DNA of 64,000 bases. Origin: Hydrolagus affinis. Taxonomy: Eukaryota. Below, piece by piece: positions 39,190 to 52,119 of this stretch. The position numbers and the translations under genes are program-made. Below the pieces are notes generated by a model. The model was given only the letters and a program-made list of their open reading frames with translations, did not search any database and was not told the DNA's origin. The stretch is from the NCBI GenBank assembly GCA_012026655.1, contig JAAILG010001302.1, positions 1-64,000 on the forward strand. The letters run 5' to 3'. Position 1 is the stretch's first letter. Each line of letters begins with the position of its first letter.

Positions 39190-39450
39190 CTGCTCAGATG
39201 TCAGCCCAGAGTTCACCAGTTGAAACTCCTCTTGAAATAGTGCCACAGAATATTTCATGTGCACCTAAACAGGTAGATGGACCATGTATTAAAGTTTCAT
39301 CCATAGTCCACCACCTCTAACAAATCAGTGCCCCCCAGAACTGCTTTGCATTGTCACCCTGAATAATGTGAGTTCAAATTCCTATATGAGGTTTGAACCT
39401 ACAATCTATTGACTCAAAGGCAAGAAGGCTACCCACTGAACCATCCTGAC
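39190..39450 (-). mobile_element. DeuSINE 5' portion with tRNA-like head
   Basis: gaaatagtgccacag..gtgcacct..ggtttgaacctacaatctattgactcaaaggcaagaaggctacccactga. Confidence 0.7.
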
Positions 39451-39919
39451 CCGGTAAATCTTTCTAAGTTTTAGTGTCTCTTTTCTCTTTGTCTCTGTCT
39501 TTCGCTCTGAATCTCTACTTGCACATTCCTCAGTAAATAAGTGTTGAGTTTTACACCCTCAGGAGACTGTTTCTGGAATAATCAATTTACAGTTATTCCA
39601 GGAATGCCTTCTGATGAAGTGGTTACCCACAGTATACAGCCACAGGAACTCATGCATTTCAGATCTGCCATATGTACAAACTTTAAATGCAGAGATTGCC
39701 TTTCAAAAAATTAAGCAACTGATTGCAACCAATTGAGAATTTTTTTTTTGGCAAATCTTTAAGTGGCTTCACAGATCAGCACAAAAATGTACAATAGGTC
39801 AGAGTGATCCAAGGCACAAAAGGGGAAAATTTGCAGTGCTCTTTAACATATTCCTTAACTAAACACTTGTGTTAAGTAACGCATTAAGGAATACTGCTAT
39901 TTGTGGTGAAATTAAAATG

Positions 39920-40112
39920 AAAAAAATAATAAAATTGGTCACTTCAATCCATGACTATTTGTGGGACACTGCTGTGCACAATGGCTGCCGCGTTTCACCC
40001 ACCAATGTATAGTTAATTCACTTTACAGTATATTTTGTGAAGCACTTTGAGATGTCTAGAAGACATGAAATGCTCTATATTAAATGTAAGGATTATTATT
40101 GTTATTATTAAT
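39920..40112 (+). mobile_element. tRNA-derived SINE 3' half
   Basis: Body and (ATT)n tail match the family. Confidence 0.85.
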
Positions 40113-40284
40113 TATGAGCTAGGAATGTGAACCGGCCATGCAGGTTCAGATCTAACAAACACTGCACCTCAATTATAAAGTAATATCTTATGAGCCATGG
40201 TGGGCATGATTTTCACCATGCAACTGAAGGTGTGGTTCAGAAAATAGATATTAAACAAAAATAATACAAAGCTGTCTATTGAAT

Positions 40285-40880
40285 ATTTCCCCCCACCCTC
40301 TGGAACTCTATTGTAGAGATTCTCTAATTCGTCCTCTCTGTGACCCCTTTCAAATTCTAGCTCAAGACTTTCTTCTTTGACCGTACCTTTGGTTTTCTTT
40401 GCCTTCCCCAACCCCATTGCCACCTACCCCCAAGTCGGGTCTTTCCTGAATTGTCAAAATTTCAAGCAGCCAAACCTCGGATTTCAGATAACTGCGATCA
40501 TACTTTGAAACCACAGTGTGCAAGAACAAATTACATTATATAGCACCAGTCAGAAGGATATCCCAAGGCGCTGGACAGTTAAGGCACAGTCAAAGAGGAA
40601 CATCTTGAGACAGACCTTAAGGGGGCAAGGGAGGAGGTGAAGCAAAGAGATTTGAAGATGGAGTTTGAGGGAATGGAGGCAGAAAAGCTGAAGGACTGAC
40701 TGCTAATGGTGGGGCAGTCAGTGCAAGGTAACATGGATTGGCTAGTATCTGTCAAGCAGAGGGTGTGGACTGGTTGGTAGGTCACAGAGGTCAGGAGAAG
40801 AAGGCCGTGGAGGACTTTAAAAGTGAGAATGAATATTTTAAACTTGAGAGATGGGGAGCCAGTAGAGCTGGGCAAGAATA
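40285..40880. mobile_element. Two tail-to-tail L2 3' fragments (plus ~40285-40445, minus ~40525-40880)
   Basis: ctctggaactc..ctcaagactttcttctttgaccgt on plus; ORF 40579-40875 FKIFILTFKVLHGL on minus. Confidence 0.75.
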
Positions 40881-42059
40881 CGGTTGATCATTTCACCGAG
40901 TTTGGTATGGGAAAGGACGAGTATAATTGTATTATTTCTTTTATTCATTACTGTACAGAAATACCCTCTGCTTTGATAACATACATTACACTATTTAATG
41001 TGTATGACCTGATCACGCATGTCAGAATTTAAGCAGTTATTGGCACTAATATTACCATTTATCCTAAGCAGTTGTTTCTATCAGTATTCTCGAACCTTTC
41101 CTCTGTCATATTTGTGCTACCTGTAGATAATGCCTGTAGCAGCTTTCCTTTTACAATATTGGTGAACCACTACAACATGAGTGCGTAAACATGCTCTCAC
41201 TTTCTTAATTCATAAATGTATAGTAATTTAGATTTTTAACATGAGACAGCAAAGACACAACCTGGACCCTTCAGGCCTATGACTAAGACTGTGAGTATGG
41301 TAGAATTGAGGTTAGCTGGAACTCTGCCAATGGAGCCTCCAAGGAGCATACCTTTTTTACACAATAACTAATACAATATGTTGAAATATGTACCACTTAA
41401 AGTTATAGCAGGAATGTATCCTAAAACCTTCAGAACCCTTAGGCATAAGTGTTGAGTTGAAAAGTTTTTTTGTGAGCTAAATGCTGCTTATGCATTCTTT
41501 TGAATAGGACAATTGTTCTAGCAGAAAAGGAAATTATGAAACTCACAGACGTAATTTACAGTTGTTTTATGATTGGAATAAATAATGACATCATCGAACT
41601 TGTAATTCAATGCAGCACACCCATTAGAGTGTCACCAGATTGAGGTTTGCTTACTGTGGAGCCCTATACCAGTAGCTCAGTGCACCCATCTTCTGCCACT
41701 GATTGGCCAGCTACCCACAATAAAAAAACAACCTTTTTCCTGGTTTTCAGGTTGCCTTGATATTACTTTCTGAAGAAAACACCCATGTGTATGAAGCCCT
41801 GCTCAGGGCACTTCCTGTAGAAGGAACCTAACTGCAGGAAATACCACTGATATCACTTTGCGGAGGAAGTGACATCAATGATGCCTTGCTTAGCCAGATG
41901 TAGGACAGTTGCCATTTTTTATATAATCCTGTGTCTTCTTTAAATCCTCCAAAATGGGATTGCCCTCTATTATATATGTGTGACATGTATGTAGTTATAC
42001 AGTACTTAGAATCTACAAAGAAACCTATGTGATTTAGTGTCAGATATAAAAGCACATTG

Positions 42060-42575
42060 TGGAGCAATAGGCAATGACACGAGCAACCTTTGAGAATATT
42101 AGTGGGTGGATTGCTGAAATCACCAGGACAGTGTCAAACAGCAGTAAAAAGAGTGAACAAGATTGGGAAGATCAGCGAAAGGGTTACTGCCCCCAAAAGT
42201 CACAGGATGTTACACTAAACATTTATGTAATCTGAGCTAAACTATTTACAATTCTGGTCACAGTCACAAAGTACTGTATTACATTAAGGACATGTTGGCA
42301 TGGGAGAAGGTACAGTGAAGGACAAATACCTGCAGAATAATGGGTGGAATTAGGTAGATAAATATCTATTGAGAAAGAGGATTGAGGACTATGGGAATAT
42401 TAACTGCTCTGCTTTATTATCATGCTGGTTAGGAAGAAAACATTAGGTCCTTGATGTTAAGGATCCAATGGGAAAGATAGAAAGTCAATCATGACTTCCT
42501 GTTCCATTTCTACGTTCTGATCAGTTAGGGAACAGCTTGATTGGCAAATGGTCTTTTCTTGTTCTTGTTTCTTTT
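42060..42575 (+). mobile_element. Degraded CR1 3' region
   Basis: caattctggtcac..attaaggacatgttggcatgggagaaggtacagtgaagg (QFWSP..KD..LEKVQ.R-like); tail gcttgattggcaaatggtcttttcttgttc. Confidence 0.65.
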
Positions 42576-42854
42576 CTTGCTGCAGGAAGACATTTCTACA
42601 TTAGTTTTATTCTGTGGTTATTTAAAATTATTTGAAACTACATACAGTTCAATATTTAATCGAATTCCAGCAATGTTTTCTGAACAATATAGGTTTTAGA
42701 GAATCAATGGGATAAAATGCTTAATTGCAGCTTTATTGTTTTCATCTCTGATCTACTGAGATACGGGAATGTATCCTGGAACCTGTGAAATTAACATTTA
42801 CGCCAGCACCTCATCCAAAAATGCCTAAAATGGCCAGATTAAGTAGCTTGTGCA

Positions 42855-43262
42855 CAATAATATGCCTTGCATCTGATATAGCCCCTTACCACATTTGTCA
42901 TTGAGACATCTCAAAACACTTTATGATCAAGTGCGGTGACTGTGTATTTTGTAGGCACACAGCAATGTCCCACAAACTGCCACAAAGTGAGTGACCATTT
43001 TTTTGGAGGGTTGTTGGCCAGGGCAGCAGGAAAACCTTCCTTCTCTTTTTGAATAGTGTCATGGGATCTTTGATAACCATTTGAACAGCAGGCAGAAGCT
43101 CGGTTTAACGTTTCATCAGAAGGACCGCACCTCTAACAATGTAGCACACACCCAGCGATGTATTGGAGTGCCCAGACTATGAGTTAAAACTCCCAATGTG
43201 GTGCCTGATCCCATAACCTTCAGACTAGAGATGAGAGTGCTACCAACTGAATCAGGCTGACA
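42855..43262 (-). mobile_element. Near full-length DeuSINE (SacSINE1-like)
   Basis: L2-type tail, Deu domain (gtgtcatgggatcttt..ctcggtttaacgtttcatc.gaagga..gcacctct.acaatgtagcac), tRNA head (accttcagactagagatgagagtgctaccaactga). Confidence 0.85.
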
Positions 43263-45027
43263 TGTGGAATACAGCACTGCTTTGATCCTAGCTATGAAGA
43301 ATAATGGGATTTAAATACAGGTTCAATAATTTTTATGTAGGTGACAAGGAATTTGAATTAATCAGTTTAGATGGTGTGGTGAAACACAGCAAACTCTCAT
43401 TCTGAGAGGTCTAATCTTTGTCACAACCAAGATTTTTGTGGACCCAATTATATTTTGTTGTGGTATCATCCCTAATAAAATTTACTTAAGTGTTCGAGAT
43501 TACCTTTTATTCAGCATATTAGTACAGTAATTGTATTTCACAAAGTGCCAGTTTTCAGTATCATGGTATCACTCAAGAATTAAGTGTTTGAAGCCATTAT
43601 TGTAAAGATGTTTTAACAAACACATTTTGCTTCGAAGCCTTTTATGTGGCAGCAACATTTTTTTTCCTGAAAATATATAAATGTATGATGAAAAGCAGTT
43701 GAAAGCATTGTTCTATGTTGTAAGCTATAAAAGGAACAGAGTTCACCACACGTGAAGTTTTACATATTTTCAGTCAAACTTGAGTAGCTTTAGCACCTCA
43801 GGTTAAAGTAGTTACATGGTTGAAAGCACGTTGCTGTGCAGCAAGCCGCAAAAGTCAAGGGTTGAAGGATTAGTATTTCATTTCCTTTTTACTGCCATGT
43901 CTGTTTTCTGTCCAGCCGGTTTCCCTCTTATTTACCTCACACCTTCATTGAGTGGAAGGCTGAGAATTGGCAGGCTTTGGGCCCCATTTTAACAGGCCAT
44001 ATCTGGCGCTTTGGTGTCTAATTTGTCATGAATGTCATAGGTCAGAGGGTGTTAGAATGCCTCAGCCAGCAGATGGCCATTGGGACAACAGAGATGTTCC
44101 AAAGGCCAACAGCTTTATCACACTCACTATAGTGTGATAATAGAATGCATTCAACCACAAATTTATGAGGAGATAATCTCAGGTTCGACTTCTTTGCAAT
44201 TCAGATCATATTAGATTTTAAGTCTCTTCAATCTCAGAAACTATAATAGTTTTGTTCTACAAAATATTTTAATTAAGTTGTAGAAATTAAAAATATATTT
44301 TAAAGAAGTTTTACTGTTAAATTGTTAACAAGGAGATAGTGTATGTGGCAGAACATTTTTAGCTCTGTTAAGGTTGTGGTACATTTGGTGAGAGGGTGTT
44401 AGCTGCCTCTGATATGTTTGAAATGTCATTCATCAATCGATCGTTCAAAATTAGAAATATCACTTTCTGAGCAGTTCATGTCTAGGAAATGCAACACGTT
44501 AAAATGAGCTCACTGTAAACTGAAGTTTGTGAAGGTCACTGATGATGCCTACATTTTACACAAGTTCGCTATCTAGATGTCTGGAGAGTACAGTGAGAAG
44601 AACAAGGATGTGGGAGCTGGCCCCTGCCCCATGTTTCATTTCCTTTCAAATATTCCTATGGTCAGGTACTATGTACTTAACCTCAAAGGTTAGCACTTCC
44701 AAATGTTTATTAATGATTGCGAGATGATTAATTTGTGTTATGTTTAGAACCAGAATTCACTGTACAAAGGTTTACTTAAAACAATTAATGATTGTTTAAT
44801 AGTGTAAGTGGCACAGCAACAAAGGAGATCTAATATTCAGTGTTTCTTAATAGTATTCTTTAAAAAAAATCCCATTAGAATTCCTGCTAACCCATCGGAG
44901 CTCCACTCTGGACCCAGTTTGTGTTGGAGTGGTGGATTTGAAATGCATCTTGTTACCCTATCAAGTCTCCATTAGTTATCTCATTCCTTACTAATGAATA
45001 ACATTAATACCACAAAATAAAAATTCT

Positions 45028-45550
45028 AACAATAATCCTTGCATTTGATATAGCACCTTATCACATCTTCGAGACATCTCAAAGTGCTTCACAGACTCCA
45101 GAGTGCGGGGGCTGAGTGGCGGAGGATTCACTCACCTTCACAGTCAGGAAAAGCGGGGAGAATGGTGGGAATTGTGGATGAAATGGTATTGTGTTTGCTG
45201 AGCAGGGGAATCAGTCAAGGGGGCAGGTTCATAGAGTTATCTAAGACAAAGCCCAAGAGGCATTTGGAAGTGAGGCCAAGAATCTGGAATTCAATGAGTT
45301 AGGGGATGGAGAATCAGTGGGGCCAAGCGAGGATGGAGGTGATGGGAATGCTTATTCCAAAACCCAAAGAGAAGGGCGTTGGTATATGCCCTGCTCACCC
45401 AGGTGTGTTGTGGAGATGAGGGAAAGCCAAGTGAGTGAGAGCCCGGATGTAGGGTTTTGAAGGGTAATTGGGGGTGAAACAAGACACTGAGGTTCTGCAC
45501 CAGCTCCATGAGATGAAATGAGCGTCTGTGCAGGTCAGTGCTTAGGAACA
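45028..45550 (-). mobile_element. SINE-type tail joined to degraded L2 ORF2 fragment
   Basis: aataatccttgcatttgatatagcacc tail, then L2 ORF2 remnants (QNLSVLFHPQLPFK). Confidence 0.7.
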
Positions 45551-45799
45551 TAACAAAACATCAATTTATGTAATACTAAAGTAATCAGCAAATAACTAAT
45601 CAATACACTGTATCACTCCAAGACATACTGTTAAATTTACGAGGGAGGCAGGGAGGGAGAAATGGAGGGATATTTGTATCCCTCTCCCATCTACCATCCT
45701 GTTTTCTGCTCCATTTTAGCTGTGGTCAAGTGAGCTCCACCACGTCTATTACTTTGCATCAGTCAATCGGATCAGTGCTTGAGGTGAGCCATTGGTCTA

Positions 45800-46275
45800 T
45801 AACTGATGAGAGCTAACTTTCTAGAGTTGAATGTCAACAAGACCAAGGCCCTTCTGATTGACTCACGCCAGCACCTTCATGCATCAGGCACTGGCAGCAT
45901 CAACCTCCATGGTTGTACAATCAACCTCACCAAGCCACATCCAAGCCATGACCCACTGTGGCTTCCCTCACCTCTGCAATATTGCCCGAGTCCGCCACCA
46001 TCTCACCTCCCAGGCTACTGAAGCATTCATGTGTTTATTACATCCTGGCTCGACTTCACCAACTTGTCGGCCTTCCCATTGGTGGGGTAGCCTTTAGCCA
46101 CTCAAGACCCTCCTCTTCGATGGTCCCATTGGTCCCAAATCCTCCCCCTTCCTTCCACCCGCCCCGTCCCTGACCCCAGTTTAGGTCTGAAACAATTACT
46201 GTCCAGTGCTTTGGAACATCCTCCTGACGTAAAGGCACTATCCAAGTGTATTTTTGTTGTTGTAGTTGTTGTTGC
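45800..46275 (+). mobile_element. L2 fragment with internal deletions
   Basis: MRANFLELNVNKTKALLI and HLCNIARVRHHLT motifs; (TTG)n tail at ~46250-46275. Confidence 0.85.
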
Positions 46276-47997
46276 TGCGTTACATTTTCTATGGCATAAT
46301 ATGAAGCCATTGCAGGATACCAGCATAGGGGTGCCAGTGAGAACCAATACGTTTTAATGGGACAAATGAAATAATTTGAAGATAGCTAGGGCCTATCTCA
46401 TGTGGAGATAGGGCATCCAAGCCTTTTTAGTGCATTGGGACGACCTCCTGCCATGAAAGGTGTGATACAAATGAAATTTTGTTGTTATCAGTGGAGATCC
46501 CTGGATACTCCAGCCTGTTCTTTTTTCAGAAGAAAACTCCACAAGAGACTAGTTCCAGAAAAGTGGGTCACAGAAAAAAAATTCCCTTCAGTATATAATA
46601 AATTCAAATGACATCATTTTCTAGACCACCGGAGGAATATGAACTTTGATGAATTAAAAAAACATTTTATCTTGAAAAGAGTTTGGTGTATTTCCCTTCC
46701 TATTTTATATCCTCATCATCAAAAGGAATTGTAGCCGACAGAAAATGTTATGGATTTTAAATACAGTAAAATAATCATTTAGAAAATAACATACAAAGCT
46801 TTTTTTTGCAGCAAATTGAATTTGCTGTAGGAAGATGAATTTTGTCTGATCTGGTTTCAAACTCCTTGCAGCATCTAACCTTCAACCCTATCCACCTGCT
46901 GGAAGCCATGTTTGATTTTCTAACCAGGGAAATGCCTGCTTGACAGCAGAATGGTATCATAGGAAAGAGTGAAGCAATTTTTTTCTCTCGCCATCATTAA
47001 GAGGGTTACCCCTATGGTGAGGGGAATGAAAAGTACGATTTAATGTTCTTAGAAGAGTGGTGAAGAAAGAAAGGCTCAAAGCTTCACATGCTGCTTTCTG
47101 AGTGGGTCACTTTAGTCCTTGCGGCGACTGGGATGTCCCTGAGGAATTTACCATAGACTGAGCTGAAAAGAAAAGGATTAAGACCCTTTTAAGGATGGAA
47201 ATGTAACAAAAGGAGCACTTTTATGATGTAGCAGCATAAAATGAGGGGCTCTATTGTGCAACTGATTGCCACAGATCTTTGAATTGAACAGCCTACGACA
47301 CAGGCCCGTGTTCCCTGCGGGTTTAGTGGCTTGTACAAAATGACTTGTCTACATTAGAACCATAGCACAGGGCTCTTTTAGGAGCAAATAAGAGATTATT
47401 GGTTTGTTTCTACATCATTTTTATAAACCTATCTAAAACTGGCCTGTAGGGAGGTTACACCCAAACGGTAATTAAAACAAGCAATTTGTACTCCTTTAGG
47501 CTTTGAGGCTCATTTCATCCACTCTATGCTTTGCCCGCATTCATTTAAAATCAATCTAACTGTTAATCTTGAATTGTGAACTTGTTTCAAAAGATAGGTC
47601 TTCAAAATAGGTCTTCACAGATCTTATGTCTGTGGGCCACCAGATGCAAATATAATAAAGCCTAATGAACCATTCTGGATCTAAATTGTAGATTTTCTTA
47701 ATGGATTCCTTACTAAAAATAATCCTGCCAACCCAAGGGACCTCCACCCCAGACATACATTGTATTAGTGTTGTGTAATAATGGTTACTGTATAGAGTCG
47801 CCATTCGCTCAACATGGATTCCTTATTAAGAAATCATACATTGAAACCTCATTGTTGTAATAAGTAACAATAAATGCAACAATCATAACTTGCATTTGTA
47901 TAACACCCTTCACGGTAGTGTGTTGGAGCACAGTGATGGTGTCAGTTACTGAACCAGGTGGAGTGACCATAGGCACTATCTTCAAGTGTGATCTGAA

Positions 47998-50010
47998 AAG
48001 AACAACAACCGAAAATTATATTTCTATTGCCCATTTCATATCGGGAGGATGCATCAACGTGTTGAAGTAGAGAAGGAGGGGGCAAGAAAGAGGGATTCCA
48101 AAGAGAGAGTTCCAAAATTTCAGGGCACAGTGGCCAAAAGCACAACCACCAAAGGAGGAATGAAGGGAATAAGGGACAAGCAGGAAGCTGGAGCCAGCTG
48201 AGTAGATGCAACGAGTAGTGCAATGGGAAGTAAGAGTATTGAAGAGGTAGGGAATTGCCAGTGCATGAAGAGGTTTTAAACAAGTCGATCCATTCTATGA
48301 TAGGGAGCCAATGGAGCCTAGCGAGGACAAGTGTGATAGAGTTTAAGAGTGGGTGAGCATAAAGGTGGCAGAGTTTTGAATTAATTGGATAATGGAACTG
48401 ACGAGACTGGTTAGGAGGGCAATGGAATAGTCGAGACAGGATGCAAGCATGGATGAGGGGTTTGCTTGTTTTGGGTAGAAGACACGGTCATTTGCGAGCA
48501 ATGTGATGGAGCTGGAGGCAAGTGAGTGGGTAGAAAAAAATGGTGGGGATCAAACCTGACACCTAGATTACACAGGTTTGTTCAGTCTCAGGGATAGGCC
48601 ACGTAGTTTGAGGAGGTGAGAGCCACAGGAGAGAAGATGTTGACTGGAGGCAAGGAGTATATCTTCTGCCTTGTCAACATTCAACTGCAAGAAGTTTATG
48701 CTCATTCTGGCTTTAATAATAATAATATTTGCATTTGATATAGTGCTTTCCACATCTTCTAGATTTCTCAAAGCTCTTCAAAGAATATACTGTAAAGTGA
48801 ATTGACTTTATAGTAAGTCAATTCATATGTGGGCAAACCGCGGCAGCCAATTTTGCACAGCAGTGTCCCACAAACACTCATTGATTGAAATGACCAATTT
48901 TTTTATTTTTCCGAGGGATTATTATTAGGCATGTGGAGCAAGGAAACTTGCCCAAGGTTTCACCCTGTGTGGAATTGAACCCAGATCTCTCACTTGTAAG
49001 GCGAGTGCTCTAATCACAGAGCTATGGGACTCCATGCCTTGATGTCTGACAAGCAAGCTGACAGAACATCAACAAACCTGTAGTTTCAGCTGGAACAGGA
49101 AAAGTAGATTTGTGTGTCATCGTCACACATGTGAAATTGACCCCGTGTCTGTGGATGACATTGCCAAGGGGGAACATGTTAATAAAGAAAAGAAGGGGGC
49201 TGAGGATGGAGATTTGGGATACACCATAGGTGGTAGTGCATGGGCATGAGGAAAAACATGAGCATGTTTGCAGAGTTAAAGTAATGGCATGACTCAAACC
49301 AGGTGAAATTGGTCCCACTGAGGTGAATGAGGGAGGTGAGGTGTAGAGGTCCAGGAGGATGAGGAGGTCAAGGGAGCCATGATCATAGAAAGAGAAGATG
49401 TCATTTATAACTTGACGAGCACTGTCTCTGTGCTGTGGGTGGAGTGGAACTGAACTGGAGGGACTTGAGTAGGGGGTGGAGGGAGAGGTGTGAATTAAGT
49501 TGATTTGCAACAACAAGTTTCAGACTTTTAGTAAGAAAAGGCTAGATAGAAATAGACTGGTAGTTTGCAAGGTTAAAGGGATCGAGGAAGTTTCTTTTAA
49601 AAAGGAGAGTGATGACAACAGTATTGAGAGGGAGTAGAACGGGAGAAGTGATGATTGGTGCAGAAGAGTACTTTGGGATTATTTTTGGCCTCCAGAATGG
49701 CCTGTGGAGGGAAGAATGGTAAGTATGAATTCACATCTGGTGGTGAAATGTGGAGCCAATTTTGTGCCTTTTGCACTCAAGCGTCCAGGTTTGTGATTTA
49801 AGGGAGCATAGGTGATAGTTATACCAGGGAGATCAGATGTGTTTGGAGACTGTCCTGGATTTCAGGGGGATGAGGGAATTGAAAGTTGAAGCGAGACAAT
49901 CGTTAAGCAGCTTAGTTGCTACATTGGGATTGCTGCAGGTGGAAGACTAGAGGGAGAGAAAGTCTGAGGATAAAGAGGGTGTTTGCGAGGGAATTAAGGA
50001 AAAGTTATAA
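47998..50010 (-). mobile_element. Old ~1.7-kb L2 (RT remnant) interrupted by a SINE
   Basis: Tail at 47998; NFLQLNVDKAE; LLILLDL..GVSQISILSPLLF.INMFPLGNVIHRHGVNF RT motifs, with many disablements. Confidence 0.85.
48714..49033 (-). mobile_element. Full-length tRNA-derived SINE nested in L2
   Basis: Complete tail-body-head; L2 sequence resumes on both sides. Confidence 0.9.
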
Positions 50011-50153
50011 CAAGATTATAACATACAGAAATTTGGCATTTCATGATGATGTCAATGTTTTATTGAACTCCTTCTTTCCTTCCCAGTTATCGAGCTAACT
50101 TGGGTTCAGTGGCAAAACACATGTCTCCAAGCACTCAAGGATAAAAAGAAACA

Positions 50154-50400
50154 GATTGAATGCATTCAATGAGTGCCACTGCTTCTGATCACTATCTAGC
50201 GACATCCCCCACCACCCCTCAAACCCACTGGAAGTGGCTGAATATGTTGACATTGGGCAAAGATTGTTATGTCTGTTTTGTACCCGCGGATTGATTAGCC
50301 AGCCAACATTGACTGTCAAGGTTCCGCCATGAATCATGACCACTTGAATGAGATGTCATCTGCTGACTGCCACCCCTGGACCTGGATCCCTGTGTAAGGA
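50154..50400 (+). repeat. ~250-bp repeat, copy 1 of an inverted pair
   Basis: Aligns by eye with the reverse complement of 51862-52119; ORF track shows near-identical peptides GTLTVxVGWLI..NNLxPMSTYSATSSGF. Confidence 0.9.
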
Positions 50401-50404
50401 TAAA

Positions 50405-50525
50405 GGAGTGTAAGGTTAGACCACTCGTCTTGCAAGCGAGAGACCCAGGTTCGATTCCCAGCTGGGCAATATGTTGGGCGAGTTTCCTTACTCCACACAG
50501 CAGAGAATGGGAACCCGGTTGTTTG
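50405..50525 (+). mobile_element. tRNA-derived SINE head only
   Basis: gttagaccactcgtcttgcaagcgagagacccaggttcgattccc (B box) ..gtttccttactccacac. Confidence 0.8.
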
Positions 50526-51143
50526 TCAATTGAAAAAAATGTCATAAGCAAAGATAAAGTTACTCCTAAAGAGTTGACAACCAACTCTAGGGCATCAACT
50601 GGACTTCATCTCAAGTAATTCCCCACTATCCTGTCACTTCTTCACAAAACTTGCAAGATGTCAATGCTATTTCTATTCAAATCGACGCAGATCTGCGGCA
50701 TCCATAATTGGGATGTCGGTTCTTTATCAATCCGTGCATTATTAGATGCATGACTATGCAACACAGCTCCACTGAACAAAAGCAGGCAACCATGTTTCTT
50801 CATTTATTTTCATTCCTGAAAATTGCGGGCCATTCTCACTTTGTGTATGACAGATCAAAGTAATGATGACTGCGTCTGACAGAAACAAATTCATTCCCAA
50901 AGTAACCATGGAAGGTAAAAATACCAGCAAGAATTAATCAGTGGAGTCACTAAGAAGGACAATATCAGCAGGATCTATAACTATAACACTGTTTCACCAA
51001 ATATGCTCCAGTTGTCCTCTGTGAATCTGGTTCTGGTTGTGTAACCAGGAGTAGGAGAAACAGTACAAATATAATATATAGTGCTTCAGTTAAATTACTC
51101 TATAATTTACACATAGAGTCTTAACACTACTCCACTGCTACAC

Positions 51144-51503
51144 TGTGGAGCTCCTGTGGCTCAGTGGTTAGAGCACTTGTCTTGCAAGCTGGGGAGACCA
51201 AGCTGGGGAGACCTATTTTCGAATCCAGGCAGGTCAGGGCGAAACCTTGGGCAAGTTTCCTTACTCCACACACCTAATAATAATCCCTCCAAAAAAAATC
51301 ACAACAATAAAATCGGTCATTTCAATCCACGACTGTTTGTGGGACACTGCTGTGTGCAATTAGCTGCCGCGATTTGCTCACAAATATATATTCTCCCACA
51401 ATCAATTCACTTTACAGTATATTCTGTGAAGCGCTTTGGGACATAGATAAAATGTGAAAAGCGCTATTATCAAATGCAAGGATTATTATTATTATTATTA
51501 TTA
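51144..51503 (+). mobile_element. Full-length tRNA-derived SINE with a 14-bp tandem duplication in the head
   Basis: A box tggctcagtggttag; caagctggggagac x2; B-box-like ttcgaatcc; (ATT)n tail. Confidence 0.92.
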
Positions 51504-51861
51504 CACAGGCTGGAGTGTAACTTATTCCAAAGAGTGTGAGTCAAAGACATGTTTTTTGACACAAAAACATGCCTTTGGCATAAACTCTCTCACAAAAATA
51601 CAACAACAAAATTACACTTTTATATTGCCTTTCACATCAGGATGACATCCCATACCTTGACTCACATTTTCAATCATTTTTCACACAGGTTATGAAGAAA
51701 GAAAATTTAGGTACAACTAAGGAAAGTGAAATGTATATTTAAAAAATATGTATAAATTTGAAAGTGTACTTTCTAAGAAATGAAGCAAAGTCTCTCTTGA
51801 GGTTACTAAACATAAATGTTCAGCTTAGATTGATCAGGACAAACAGAGGGGAGGAGACAAT

Positions 51862-52119
51862 TCCTTATATTGAGGTCCAGGTCCACGGGTGGCAGTCGGC
51901 AGATGTCTACTCTTTCAAGAAGACATGATTCATTTGGGAACCTTGACAGTCAGTGTTGGCTGGCTAATCGATCTGCAGGGACATAACAGATATAACAATC
52001 TTTACCCAATGTCCACATATTCAGCCACTTCCAGTGGGTTTGGGGGGTGGTGGGGGGATGTCGCTAGGTCGATAGATAGTGATCAGAAGCAGTGGCCCTT
52101 ATTGAATGCATTAAATCAA
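51862..52119 (-). repeat. ~250-bp repeat, copy 2 of the inverted pair
   Basis: Reverse complement of 50154-50400, roughly 80% identical by eye. Confidence 0.9.

Noticed and set aside
51144-51240. tRNA gene-like sequences (also 62390-62481, 50405-50465, 55765-55820)
   Set aside because: They are SINE heads attached to SINE bodies; no complete cloverleaf or acceptor stem
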